NCBI GenBank assembly: GCA_036679605.1
Contig: JAZDCZ010000268.1
Coordinates: forward strand, 1-14,206
Source of the DNA: Gemmatimonadota bacterium
GTDB taxonomy: Bacteria > Gemmatimonadota > Gemmatimonadetes > Gemmatimonadales > GWC2-71-9
Length of the DNA: 14,206 nucleotides
Direction: 5' to 3'
In this document: positions 8,780 through 14,206 of the stretch, piece after piece
How the letters are laid out: each line of letters begins with the position of its first letter
How positions within the stretch are numbered: the stretch's first letter is position 1
Notes under the pieces: generated by a model
The model's database searches: none
What the model saw: the letters and a program-made list of their open reading frames with translations, nothing else
Told to the model about the DNA's origin: nothing
Made by a program: the position numbers and the translations under genes

Positions 8780-9766
8780 TTAGACGATAGCCACCATTCG
8801 GTCGAGAGCGGCTCGCGCGCGGTTGGCCACAGGGGAAGGAACCGTTATGCAGTGCCGGTCGTAGAGCAGCGAGTCTCTGACATGTTCCAGCGTGATCGTT
8901 TTCATGAACGCACATATAGCCTCAGGATCCGCGGCCAGGAAAGTCTTGTCTGGAGCCACTTGCTGCATCCTGTGCAGCACACCCACCTCGGTCGCCACTA
9001 TATAGGTCGAGGTCTTGCCGCATCGTGCCTGACGAACCATTCCTTCGGTCGAGACTATGTGGACTCCCGTTGCATCGACATCGCCCATGTCCATGCTGTA
9101 GATCAATTGCCCGGCGCAACCACACTCTGGATGAACGAGGACTTGCGCCTCCGGGTGCTCTCTCCTGCGAGCATTGACTGTCCGGGCATTGATGTTCTTG
9201 TGGACATGGCATTCGCCCATCCAGACCTCGACCTCCCGCTCCGGCCGCATGTGGCGGATGTGCGCACCGAGGAAGAAGTCGGGCAGGAAGAGAATGCCCC
9301 GGTCGTCCGGGATTGCGTCGATCACGGCCAATACGTTTCCACTGGTGCAGCAGTAGTCCAGCTCGGCTTTCACGTCCGCCGTGGTGTTGACGTAGCCCAC
9401 CGTTACGTGATCGGGGAACTCCGTCTTCCAGCGCCTAACATCCTCTGCCGTTATGGTATCTGCCAACGAGCAGCCCGCACGGAGGTCGGGTAATAGGACA
9501 CGCTTCTCGGGTGATAGAATGGCTGCGGTTTCGGCCATGAAATGGACGCCACAGAACACGATGACCGGAGCGTCGGTCTCGGCTGCCTGGCGCGACAGCC
9601 CCAACGAATCACCCACGAAATCGGCCACGTCCTGGACTTCGGGACGCTGGTAATTGTGAGCTAACACCACGGCGTCTCGTTCAGCCGTTAGCGTCCTGAT
9701 CTCGGAATGCAATACCAGAATCTCTTCCGGACTCAGGTCGGTTTCTTCTACCAGGGCTAACGTCAT
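8780..9766 (-). CDS. nadA: Quinolinate synthase NadA ([4Fe-4S])
   Basis: LAHNYQ-PEVQDVADFVGDSL, FCGVHFMAE, the three cluster Cys in GCSLA, GECHVH and AICAFMK, plus YVNT and VHPEC. ATG 9766 (GGAG upstream) is preferred over 9814. Confidence 0.96.
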   Translation of the reverse strand: MTLALVEETDLSPEEILVLHSEIRTLTAERDAVVLAHNYQRPEVQDVADFVGDSLGLSRQAAETDAPVIVFCGVHFMAETAAILSPEKRVLLPDLRAGCSLADTITAEDVRRWKTEFPDHVTVGYVNTTADVKAELDYCCTSGNVLAVIDAIPDDRGILFLPDFFLGAHIRHMRPEREVEVWMGECHVHKNINARTVNARRREHPEAQVLVHPECGCAGQLIYSMDMGDVDATGVHIVSTEGMVRQARCGKTSTYIVATEVGVLHRMQQVAPDKTFLAADPEAICAFMKTITLEHVRDSLLYDRHCITVPSPVANRARAALDRMVAIV

Positions 9767-9791
9767 CTGACCGTAAATCTCCACAAGAATG

Positions 9792-9822
9792 AGGGGGACG
9801 GAAGATACTCCCATCCTGCCCT
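9792..9822 (-). other. Intergenic RNA hairpin between the DAHP synthase gene and nadA
   Basis: Minus strand AGGG-CA-GGATGGGAG-TAT-CTTCCGTCC-CCCT: a 9-bp stem with two G-U pairs plus a 4-bp extension, followed by only a weak U-tract (CATTCTT). Confidence 0.4.
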
Positions 9823-9841
9823 TCCGGTCTACTGGTAGAAC

Positions 9842-10849
9842 CTACACCACAATCGCCTCGCGGACGACCGTGACCGCCGCCATCAACTGCTCGAACATCG
9901 TGAAATCTAAGCTCTGATCCCCGTCGCTCCGAGCCCGGTCCGGATCCGGATGGACCTCTATCATCAGACCGTCGGCACCCGCCGAGACGGCCGCGAGGGC
10001 AAGGGGTCGAACCAGATCGCGCCGTCCGGCTGCGTGAGAGGGATCTACGATCACCGGCAAGTGGGTCTCCCGCTTCAGATAGGGCACGGCGCCGATGTCC
10101 AACGTGTTGCGCATGGCGGTCTCGAACGTGCGGATTCCCCGCTCGCAGAGGATTACCTCTGAGTTTCCATGGCTCATCACGTACTCTGCCGCCAGCAAGA
10201 AATCTTCCAGTCGGGCCGACATGCCTCTCTTGAGCAGCACCGGTTTGCCGGCCTCTCCTACTTCAGTGAGCAGTGCAAAGTTCTGCATGTTGCGGGCGCC
10301 GATCTGGAGCACGTCGGCGTAGCGGACAACGTCCGCGACCTGCCTGGTATCCATTACCTCGGTCACTATCGGAAGCCCGGTAGCGTCACGGGCCTCGGCC
10401 AGGAGCTGGAGGCCCTCCAGCCCCATGCCCTGGAACGAATAGGGCGAGGACCGTGGCTTGAAGGCTCCCCCGCGCAACGCGACCGCGCCGGCCGCTCGCA
10501 CCGCGCGTGCCGTGTCGAGCAGCATCTCCTTCCCCTCCACCGAACACGGTCCCGCAATGACTGCGAACTGACCGTTGCCCACGCTGCCAGTACCCAGCGG
10601 GATGATCGTGGGCCCCGCGGCGAATGCGCGGCTCGCCAGCTTGTACGGCTTCTCGACGGGTAGTACGGTTTCCACACCCGCGAGTGAGAGCACCGCAAAC
10701 TCTCGCAGCCGATTCTCGTCGCCGATGCATCCCACTATCGTATGGGTCTCACCGCGCGAAACGTGGGGCTTTAGACCTGCCTCCTCGATTCGCGCGAGCA
10801 GGTTGTCGAGATCCTGTTCGCTAGCATCGGACCGCATGACAATGACCAT
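9842..10849 (-). CDS. aroF: 3-deoxy-7-phosphoheptulonate (DAHP) synthase, type I-beta with N-terminal ferredoxin-like/ACT regulatory domain
   Basis: N-terminal MVIVM...HVSRG-THTIVGCIGD domain, then IAGPCSVE, GGAFKPRSSPYSFQG, QIGARNMQNF, LKRG, LCERGIRTFE, RNTLD, IVDPSH, IEVHP and SDG-QSL. ATG 10849 has GGAGG 8 nt upstream. Confidence 0.95.
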   Translation of the reverse strand: MVIVMRSDASEQDLDNLLARIEEAGLKPHVSRGETHTIVGCIGDENRLREFAVLSLAGVETVLPVEKPYKLASRAFAAGPTIIPLGTGSVGNGQFAVIAGPCSVEGKEMLLDTARAVRAAGAVALRGGAFKPRSSPYSFQGMGLEGLQLLAEARDATGLPIVTEVMDTRQVADVVRYADVLQIGARNMQNFALLTEVGEAGKPVLLKRGMSARLEDFLLAAEYVMSHGNSEVILCERGIRTFETAMRNTLDIGAVPYLKRETHLPVIVDPSHAAGRRDLVRPLALAAVSAGADGLMIEVHPDPDRARSDGDQSLDFTMFEQLMAAVTVVREAIVV

Positions 10850-10864
10850 CTCAGATACCTCCAC

Positions 10865-10892
10865 AAAAAAAGGCCCCGCTCGTTGCGGGGCC
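10865..10892 (-). terminator. Intrinsic terminator (attenuator 3:4 hairpin) directly before the aroF RBS
   Basis: GGCCCCGC-AACGA-GCGGGGCC-TTTTTTT on the minus strand: a perfect 8-bp GC stem and 7 U, ending 2 nt before the GGAGG of aroF. Confidence 0.92.
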
Positions 10893-10925
10893 GTCGGTAG
10901 TTGAACGCTGCTGGGTTGTTCGTGT

Positions 10926-11018
10926 TTAGTCGATCACGAGCGCGCGCACGCCTGCCGGAGGCCCCGAGTTGCCGGGCCAATACCAGTAATAGCGGGAATA
11001 AGTGGGTGCGTGTTTCAT
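10926..11018 (-). CDS. Tyr/Trp-rich attenuation leader peptide (30 aa) for the DAHP synthase gene
   Basis: Too short for the ORF track. ATG AAA CAC GCA CCC ACT TAT TCC CGC TAT TAC TGG TAT TGG CCC...GAC TAA = MKHAPTYSRYYWYWPGNSGPPAGVRALVID. Four Tyr and two Trp fall within 8 codons, upstream of an intrinsic terminator and an aromatic-pathway gene. Confidence 0.85.
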   Translation of the reverse strand: MKHAPTYSRYYWYWPGNSGPPAGVRALVID

Positions 11019-11027
11019 CGTAAGGGG

Positions 11028-11055
11028 AATGTAGTCCAGGACCCGGTGATGGCAA
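11028..11055 (-). promoter_or_regulatory. Putative sigma70 promoter of the leader-aroF transcript
   Basis: TTGCCA-N16-TACATT, with the -10 ending 9 nt before the leader ATG. There is no SD in between, implying a leaderless or near-leaderless leader ORF. Confidence 0.55.
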
Positions 11056-11074
11056 GGGAAGACCAAACCCTTGC

Positions 11075-11119
11075 AGAAACGCAGGACCCCGACCACCATG
11101 AAAGTGAGCCGGGGTCCCG
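11075..11119 (-). terminator. Long GC-rich hairpin, probable terminator of the small RNA
   Basis: CGGGACCCCGGC(T)CAC-TTTCATG-GTGGTCGGGGTCCTG followed by CGTTTCT: a ~15-bp stem with a modest U-tract. Confidence 0.6.
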
Positions 11120-11169
11120 TACCCTAGTGTCGTGCTGCGCCCGAAGGCTTAATACAGTAGAGGACGATC
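11119..11169 (-). ncRNA. Small structured RNA resembling the Acido-Lenti-1 motif
   Basis: GAUCGUCCUCUACUGUAUUAAGCC-UUCG-GGCGCAGCACGACACUAGGGUAC. Nested stems CGUCCUCUA/UAGGGUACG, CUGU/GCAG and GCC-UUCG-GGC with AUUAA and CACGACAC bulges, flanked by a promoter and a terminator. The family assignment is from memory of the GAUCGUCC...UUAAGCC..GGCG...AGGGUAC pattern and was not searched. Confidence 0.55.
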
Positions 11170-11180
11170 CGGGGAATTAC

Positions 11181-11209
11181 ACTTTAAGTGTCGGGACTCC
11201 AACTTGGAA
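11181..11209 (-). promoter_or_regulatory. Putative sigma70 promoter for the small RNA
   Basis: TTCCAA-N17-TAAAGT on the minus strand, 11 nt upstream of the structured motif. Confidence 0.45.
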
Positions 11210-11307
11210 AATCAACCCATTTCCCTTACCAGCATTAAGCATCGAGCGTATCGAATGGAGAGCTGCCAAACGGTGAGCGCCACGCGTATGCGCGACTTGC
11301 CGCTTTC

Positions 11308-12198
11308 ATGACGGATACCAGGAACACGCGCGTAACCCGACCGGATACCGGCGAGGAGTGGAGGGCCCTAGGGTTCTACCACGAGCCCGACCAGACGCAC
11401 CACGTGTGGCGACTGGTTGGCTCCGTCTCAGGATTGCGTACGATCGTACGTATGCTCGCCTCGCAGGCGGACAAAGCCAGCGGCGGGACCGAACCCGCGG
11501 CGTTGGTAGTCGGTCCATTCAACGATTTCCACATCCGGATCTGGGAACGGGCCGGTATCGATGACGAGAGCATTCACGGTTCGGCAGATGACCTCCGGCG
11601 CTTGAGCGAGATCATCGAACAGAAGCTCGGCGGTGCCGCCGTGGGAGCGGAGATCGCGATCGGCAACGAGTACGCCGCCAACCTGGAGTACACGTTGCTC
11701 ATCGCAGTCCGGGACGAGGAGTTTGATCCGGCGTCGCAGGTGCCCGCGATCGTCAACGTCCCGCCGGAGGACGTGGAAGTGATCGACGATGACGGCGGCG
11801 AAATGGTCCGGACAGAGGTTTTGCCGACTCTGCCGTTCAAATTCCACGATCCCGAAGCATATGCCACGGTGGGTGAGGGTCTCATTCGGCTCGAGAGCGA
11901 CCGCGTTGTCATCGAGTTCCAAACGAAAGGTGCCTTGGGTGCCTGGGGCGCCTTCTTCTTTGGCACAGTATCGGAGGTCAAGGAAGTTGGCCTTCCGTTC
12001 GATAAGATATCGCACGTGCGCTTCAAGCGAGGAGTGTTCAGCGCCGAGATCACGATCCAGGGCAGAGACATGAAGACGATGGACGGCCTGCCGACGGTGA
12101 AGCATGGCCGCGTGCGGCTCCGCTTCAAGCGCGACTTACGTGGTGATGCGGAATGGTTCGCGATGGAACTCGAAAGGCTGGCGGATAGAGGCGGATAA
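11308..12198 (+). CDS. Hypothetical two-domain protein (uncharacterised N-domain, acidic linker, PH-like beta-rich C-domain)
   Basis: 296-aa ORF with GC-rich third positions and natural composition. An acidic Pro-rich linker VPPEDVEVIDDDGG separates the domains. The C-domain pattern (G-IRL...V-IEF...VKEV-LPF--I--V-F-RG-F...ITI...C-terminal helix) is bacterial-PH-like by inspection. Confidence 0.75.
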   Translation: MTDTRNTRVTRPDTGEEWRALGFYHEPDQTHHVWRLVGSVSGLRTIVRMLASQADKASGGTEPAALVVGPFNDFHIRIWERAGIDDESIHGSADDLRRLSEIIEQKLGGAAVGAEIAIGNEYAANLEYTLLIAVRDEEFDPASQVPAIVNVPPEDVEVIDDDGGEMVRTEVLPTLPFKFHDPEAYATVGEGLIRLESDRVVIEFQTKGALGAWGAFFFGTVSEVKEVGLPFDKISHVRFKRGVFSAEITIQGRDMKTMDGLPTVKHGRVRLRFKRDLRGDAEWFAMELERLADRGG

Positions 12199-12226
12199 GG
12201 GGGGCGACGATCCCTAGAGGGAGTAA

Positions 12227-12263
12227 AGAGCCACCGCACAGAGTCGACGCGAAGCGGAGCGAG
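12227..12263 (-). repeat. Distal copy of the tRNA-Thr 3'-end hybrid repeat (att-like)
   Basis: 12227-12247 matches 13862-13882 (tRNA-Thr 3' end) at 20/21 nt. 12231-12263 matches 13819-13851 at 30/33 nt. Confidence 0.85.
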
Positions 12264-12319
12264 GATCGCTCTAGCGGCCGGAGTTCAAAGGACCACCACG
12301 TGAATTGGGGAACGCCGAG

Positions 12320-13525
12320 CTACCTCCATGGATACGGATCGTCCATCTCCAGCCCGGCCTTGGACTCCAACATCAACTCGAGGAACCGCTGCCAGGAGTC
12401 CCAACTCGTGGTCCGACCATACACCGAGTTGGTCTTATGGGCAATCACCAAGTCCATCGCCGGCAGCACGGTGATCCACTGTCCCCACGCACCTCGCGCT
12501 GTGTAGGCCCCTTCAAAAGGACCCACAGCTCGGGGCCCGTCCCACACCCACCACATGTAGCCGTAGCCGAAGTAGCCGTCTCTGCGCCGGACAGGGTTCA
12601 TCTCTTTCAGGGGAGTCACGAGGCTCGATATACGCTGAACCCAGTCCCGGGGGACAAGCTGCTCGTCGCCCCACTTGCCCTCCCGCAACATCAGGTAGCC
12701 GATCCGTGCCATGTCTCTGGTCGACAACCATATGTGGTACGCTGGATTCCTCGAAACCTCCAAGTTGCCGCTCTTGCGCTGAGCCGATCTGTCCCAGTCC
12801 TGGAAGCCGAGCGGTTCGGCCAGCTGCTGTTGCAAGGCATCGTATATGTTGACCCCGGTCTCCTGCTCAAAGACGGCCCCGGCTGCGTTGAAGTCCCAGT
12901 TGCTGTACAGCATGTATTCCCCTGGTTGCTGCGATCCGCGCTCCGGGGCGTCGGCCAGGTTGTCACCACTATTGGAAGCCCGATGGTAGACTCCGGATCG
13001 CGCCGTGATCAGGTGGTGAATCGTCGCCTGCTTCTCGATATCGAGGAGGCCACCCACGTCGTCCATCCCCAGGTCTTCCAGCGTCTTCTCCAGGTCGATC
13101 GTGCCGTTCTCGACGTACTTGCCGTACAGAATGGACAGGACGCTCTTGCGCACCGAAGCCACGTAGGAGAGATCGTCAACGTCACCGAACTCGAAGATCA
13201 CCCGGCCCCGGTCGATCACGATGAGACCCGTCGTATTGGAGCTGTCCCGTACGAACCGCCGGGCCTGGCGAAGACCGGCAGCCGACCAGTCGTACGCTCG
13301 AAGAGCTTCCGCATTCGGCCAGACGTACTCCCATTCCGTGCCCGGATAGAGCGGGTCCTGTACGACCTGCGCGGCAGCCCGACTGACGACTAGGGCAGAA
13401 CACAGGATCAGGACGGCCGTCACCGAAATTCGGCTGGAGCCAGCGCGAGTTCGGGAGAGAGAACGGCGATTGATGAGGATTGGGTGGCCATAGCGAACGC
13501 AGTAGGATGCTTGCAAGGAGTTCAT
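12320..13525 (-). CDS. Secreted serine hydrolase, beta-lactamase/class C-like fold (S12-type)
   Basis: SxxK (ASVRKS), HLITARSG, YxN (YSNWDFN), PLG, S-RDMARIG-L-L--GKW, GYGYMWW and ARG-WGQ-I motifs. Signal-peptide-like AVLILCSALVVSRAAA-Q. The true start may be downstream of 13525. Confidence 0.88.
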   Translation of the reverse strand: MNSLQASYCVRYGHPILINRRSLSRTRAGSSRISVTAVLILCSALVVSRAAAQVVQDPLYPGTEWEYVWPNAEALRAYDWSAAGLRQARRFVRDSSNTTGLIVIDRGRVIFEFGDVDDLSYVASVRKSVLSILYGKYVENGTIDLEKTLEDLGMDDVGGLLDIEKQATIHHLITARSGVYHRASNSGDNLADAPERGSQQPGEYMLYSNWDFNAAGAVFEQETGVNIYDALQQQLAEPLGFQDWDRSAQRKSGNLEVSRNPAYHIWLSTRDMARIGYLMLREGKWGDEQLVPRDWVQRISSLVTPLKEMNPVRRRDGYFGYGYMWWVWDGPRAVGPFEGAYTARGAWGQWITVLPAMDLVIAHKTNSVYGRTTSWDSWQRFLELMLESKAGLEMDDPYPWR

Positions 13526-13581
13526 CTTTTCTTCACACTCAGTTGGGAATATCTTGCATTCATCTTAGCTATCGTTTGCTC

Positions 13582-13815
13582 ATGGATCCAGGCCCGTTTA
13601 TCGCCATTGCCATCGCCTCCCCAGGGATCATCGTGGCCGTTGGGTCTATCTGGTTGGGATCACGGGCGCTTCGCATCTGGACCCAACGACGAGGTCGCCA
13701 GGACGAGGCGATCGATCGGTTGGATGCCGCGATGGGCGAACTCCATGAACGATTGGATTTCCACGAACAGCTTCTCAAGCAACAGCGGGACGCGGGGAAA
13801 CTTGGAGGGGATTGA
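13582..13815 (+). CDS. Small single-TM protein with C-terminal coiled coil (77 aa)
   Basis: MDPGPFIAIAIASPGIIVAVGSIWLGSRALRIW...ELHERLDFHEQLL. The ATG at 13582 lies inside the track ORF 13480..13815 and avoids overlap with the divergent hydrolase gene. Confidence 0.7.
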   Translation: MDPGPFIAIAIASPGIIVAVGSIWLGSRALRIWTQRRGRQDEAIDRLDAAMGELHERLDFHEQLLKQQRDAGKLGGD

Positions 13816-13818
13816 GTT

Positions 13819-13851
13819 CCACCGGACAGAGTCTACGCGAAGCGGAGTGAG
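13819..13851 (-). repeat. Proximal copy of the tRNA-Thr 3'-end hybrid repeat
   Basis: CCACCGGACAGAGTC (13819-13833) is identical to tRNA-Thr 13866-13880 and is followed by TACGCGAAGCGGAGTGAG, which is shared with the distal copy. Confidence 0.85.
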
Positions 13852-13863
13852 AAGGAGATCTAG

Positions 13864-13935
13864 AGCCACCGGACAGAGTCGAACTGTCGACCACTCGATT
13901 ACGAATCGAGAGCTCTACCACTGAGCTACGGTGGC
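13864..13935 (-). tRNA. tRNA-Thr (anticodon CGT)
   Basis: GCCACCG-TAGCTCAGTGGTAGAGC-T-CTCGA-TTCGTAA-TCGAG-TGGTC-GACAG-TTCGACT-CTGTC-CGGTGGC-T. Full cloverleaf, followed by CTA, so no encoded CCA. Confidence 0.96.
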
Positions 13936-13944
13936 GAATAGGAG

Positions 13945-14026
13945 TGCCCTGGCCCGGATTCGAACCGGGACGAGTTTCCCCACTGCCCCCTCAAGACAGC
14001 GTGTCTACCAATTCCACCACCAGGGC
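13945..14026 (-). tRNA. tRNA-Leu (anticodon GAG)
   Basis: GCCCTGG-TGGTGGAATTGGTAGACACG-CTGTC-TTGAGGG-GGCAG, long variable arm, CCCGG-TTCGAAT-CCGGG-CCAGGGC-A. No encoded CCA. 9-nt spacer to tRNA-Thr. Confidence 0.96.
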
Positions 14027-14054
14027 AAAACGGCCTAACTTGCTGAGGGGACGG

Positions 14055-14083
14055 AACCTAGCTGTAGCCTTGGCAGCGGTCAA
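14055..14083 (-). promoter_or_regulatory. Putative sigma70 promoter of the tRNA-Leu/tRNA-Thr operon
   Basis: TTGACC-N17-TAGGTT followed by a GC-rich discriminator-like CCGTCCCC, 28 nt upstream of tRNA-Leu. Confidence 0.65.
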
Positions 14084-14206
14084 CCGAAGGTGGGGTATAT
14101 AGATAACCTGGTTTGTAACTTCCTCCGGGTTTTGTTCGGGTTTCGGTCAGTGCGCCGCTAGATTCACCGTCAAAAAACTCTGTTCAGCCTGGTTACTCGG
14201 CGCCAA

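Noticed and set aside
8378..9493. 371-aa + strand ORF
   Set aside because: Lies antisense to nadC and nadA, which have complete catalytic motifs; composition is unnatural.
10771..11055. 94-aa minus-strand ORF spanning the leader
   Set aside because: Runs through the terminator and overlaps aroF out of frame. Its TTG start is the predicted -35 box, and the 30-aa Y/W leader explains the region better.
11010..11276. 88-aa + strand ORF
   Set aside because: No RBS or motif, and it overlaps the predicted sRNA, terminator and promoters on the opposite strand.
11060..11290. 6S RNA or known metabolite riboswitch (NAD+-I, c-di-GMP, SAM, T-box)
   Set aside because: No ~180-nt rod with a central bubble, and I could not match the conserved cores of these riboswitches by eye.
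12305..13393. 362-aa + strand ORF
   Set aside because: Antisense shadow of the serine hydrolase. No recognisable motifs, and long antisense ORFs are expected at high GC.
12320..13525. Bona fide antibiotic-resistance AmpC beta-lactamase
   Set aside because: It has SxxK and YxN but ARG instead of KTG, and resembles the broad esterase/amidase branch; resistance cannot be claimed.
12227..13882. CRISPR array or classical integron
   Set aside because: Only two hybrid repeats 1.6 kb apart, derived from a tRNA end; no cas or intI gene and no attC R-box/L-box palindromes seen.
14114..14140. TGTAAC-N17-CGGG as a + strand ECF promoter
   Set aside because: Poor -10 match, and the downstream gene lies outside the window.

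Overview
A GC-rich bacterial chromosomal window. The gene content (two small membrane-protein types, a TIGR03545/TIGR03546 pair, tRNA genes without encoded CCA) suggests Gemmatimonadota or a related lineage, which is an inference only. Left to right: the 5' part of a penicillin-acylase-family gene (-), an Asp-box/BNR lipoprotein (-), a 2-TM TPR protein (-), citrate synthase gltA (+), a TIGR03546/TIGR03545 pair (-), a TIGR01777 epimerase-like oxidoreductase (+), a small [D/E]RR-repeat protein (-), a small membrane protein behind an ECF-type promoter (-), nadC and nadA (-), a type I-beta DAHP synthase (-), a two-domain hypothetical (+), a serine hydrolase of the beta-lactamase fold (-), a 77-aa membrane protein (+), and a tRNA-Leu(GAG)/tRNA-Thr(CGT) pair (-). 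The most notable elements are absent from the ORF track. (1) A complete ribosome-dependent transcription attenuator sits in front of the DAHP synthase gene, with an SD-less 30-aa leader peptide carrying YSRYYWYW and mutually exclusive 1:2, 2:3 and 3:4 hairpins; it may also govern nadA-nadC. (2) Upstream of it is a small structured RNA with its own promoter and terminator that resembles the Acido-Lenti-1 motif. (3) Two copies of a ~33-bp hybrid repeat, made of the tRNA-Thr 3' end plus a GCGAAGC-containing tail, bracket an integrase-free ~1.6-kb cargo, and each copy directly follows a + strand gene, like a tRNA-anchored cassette array.
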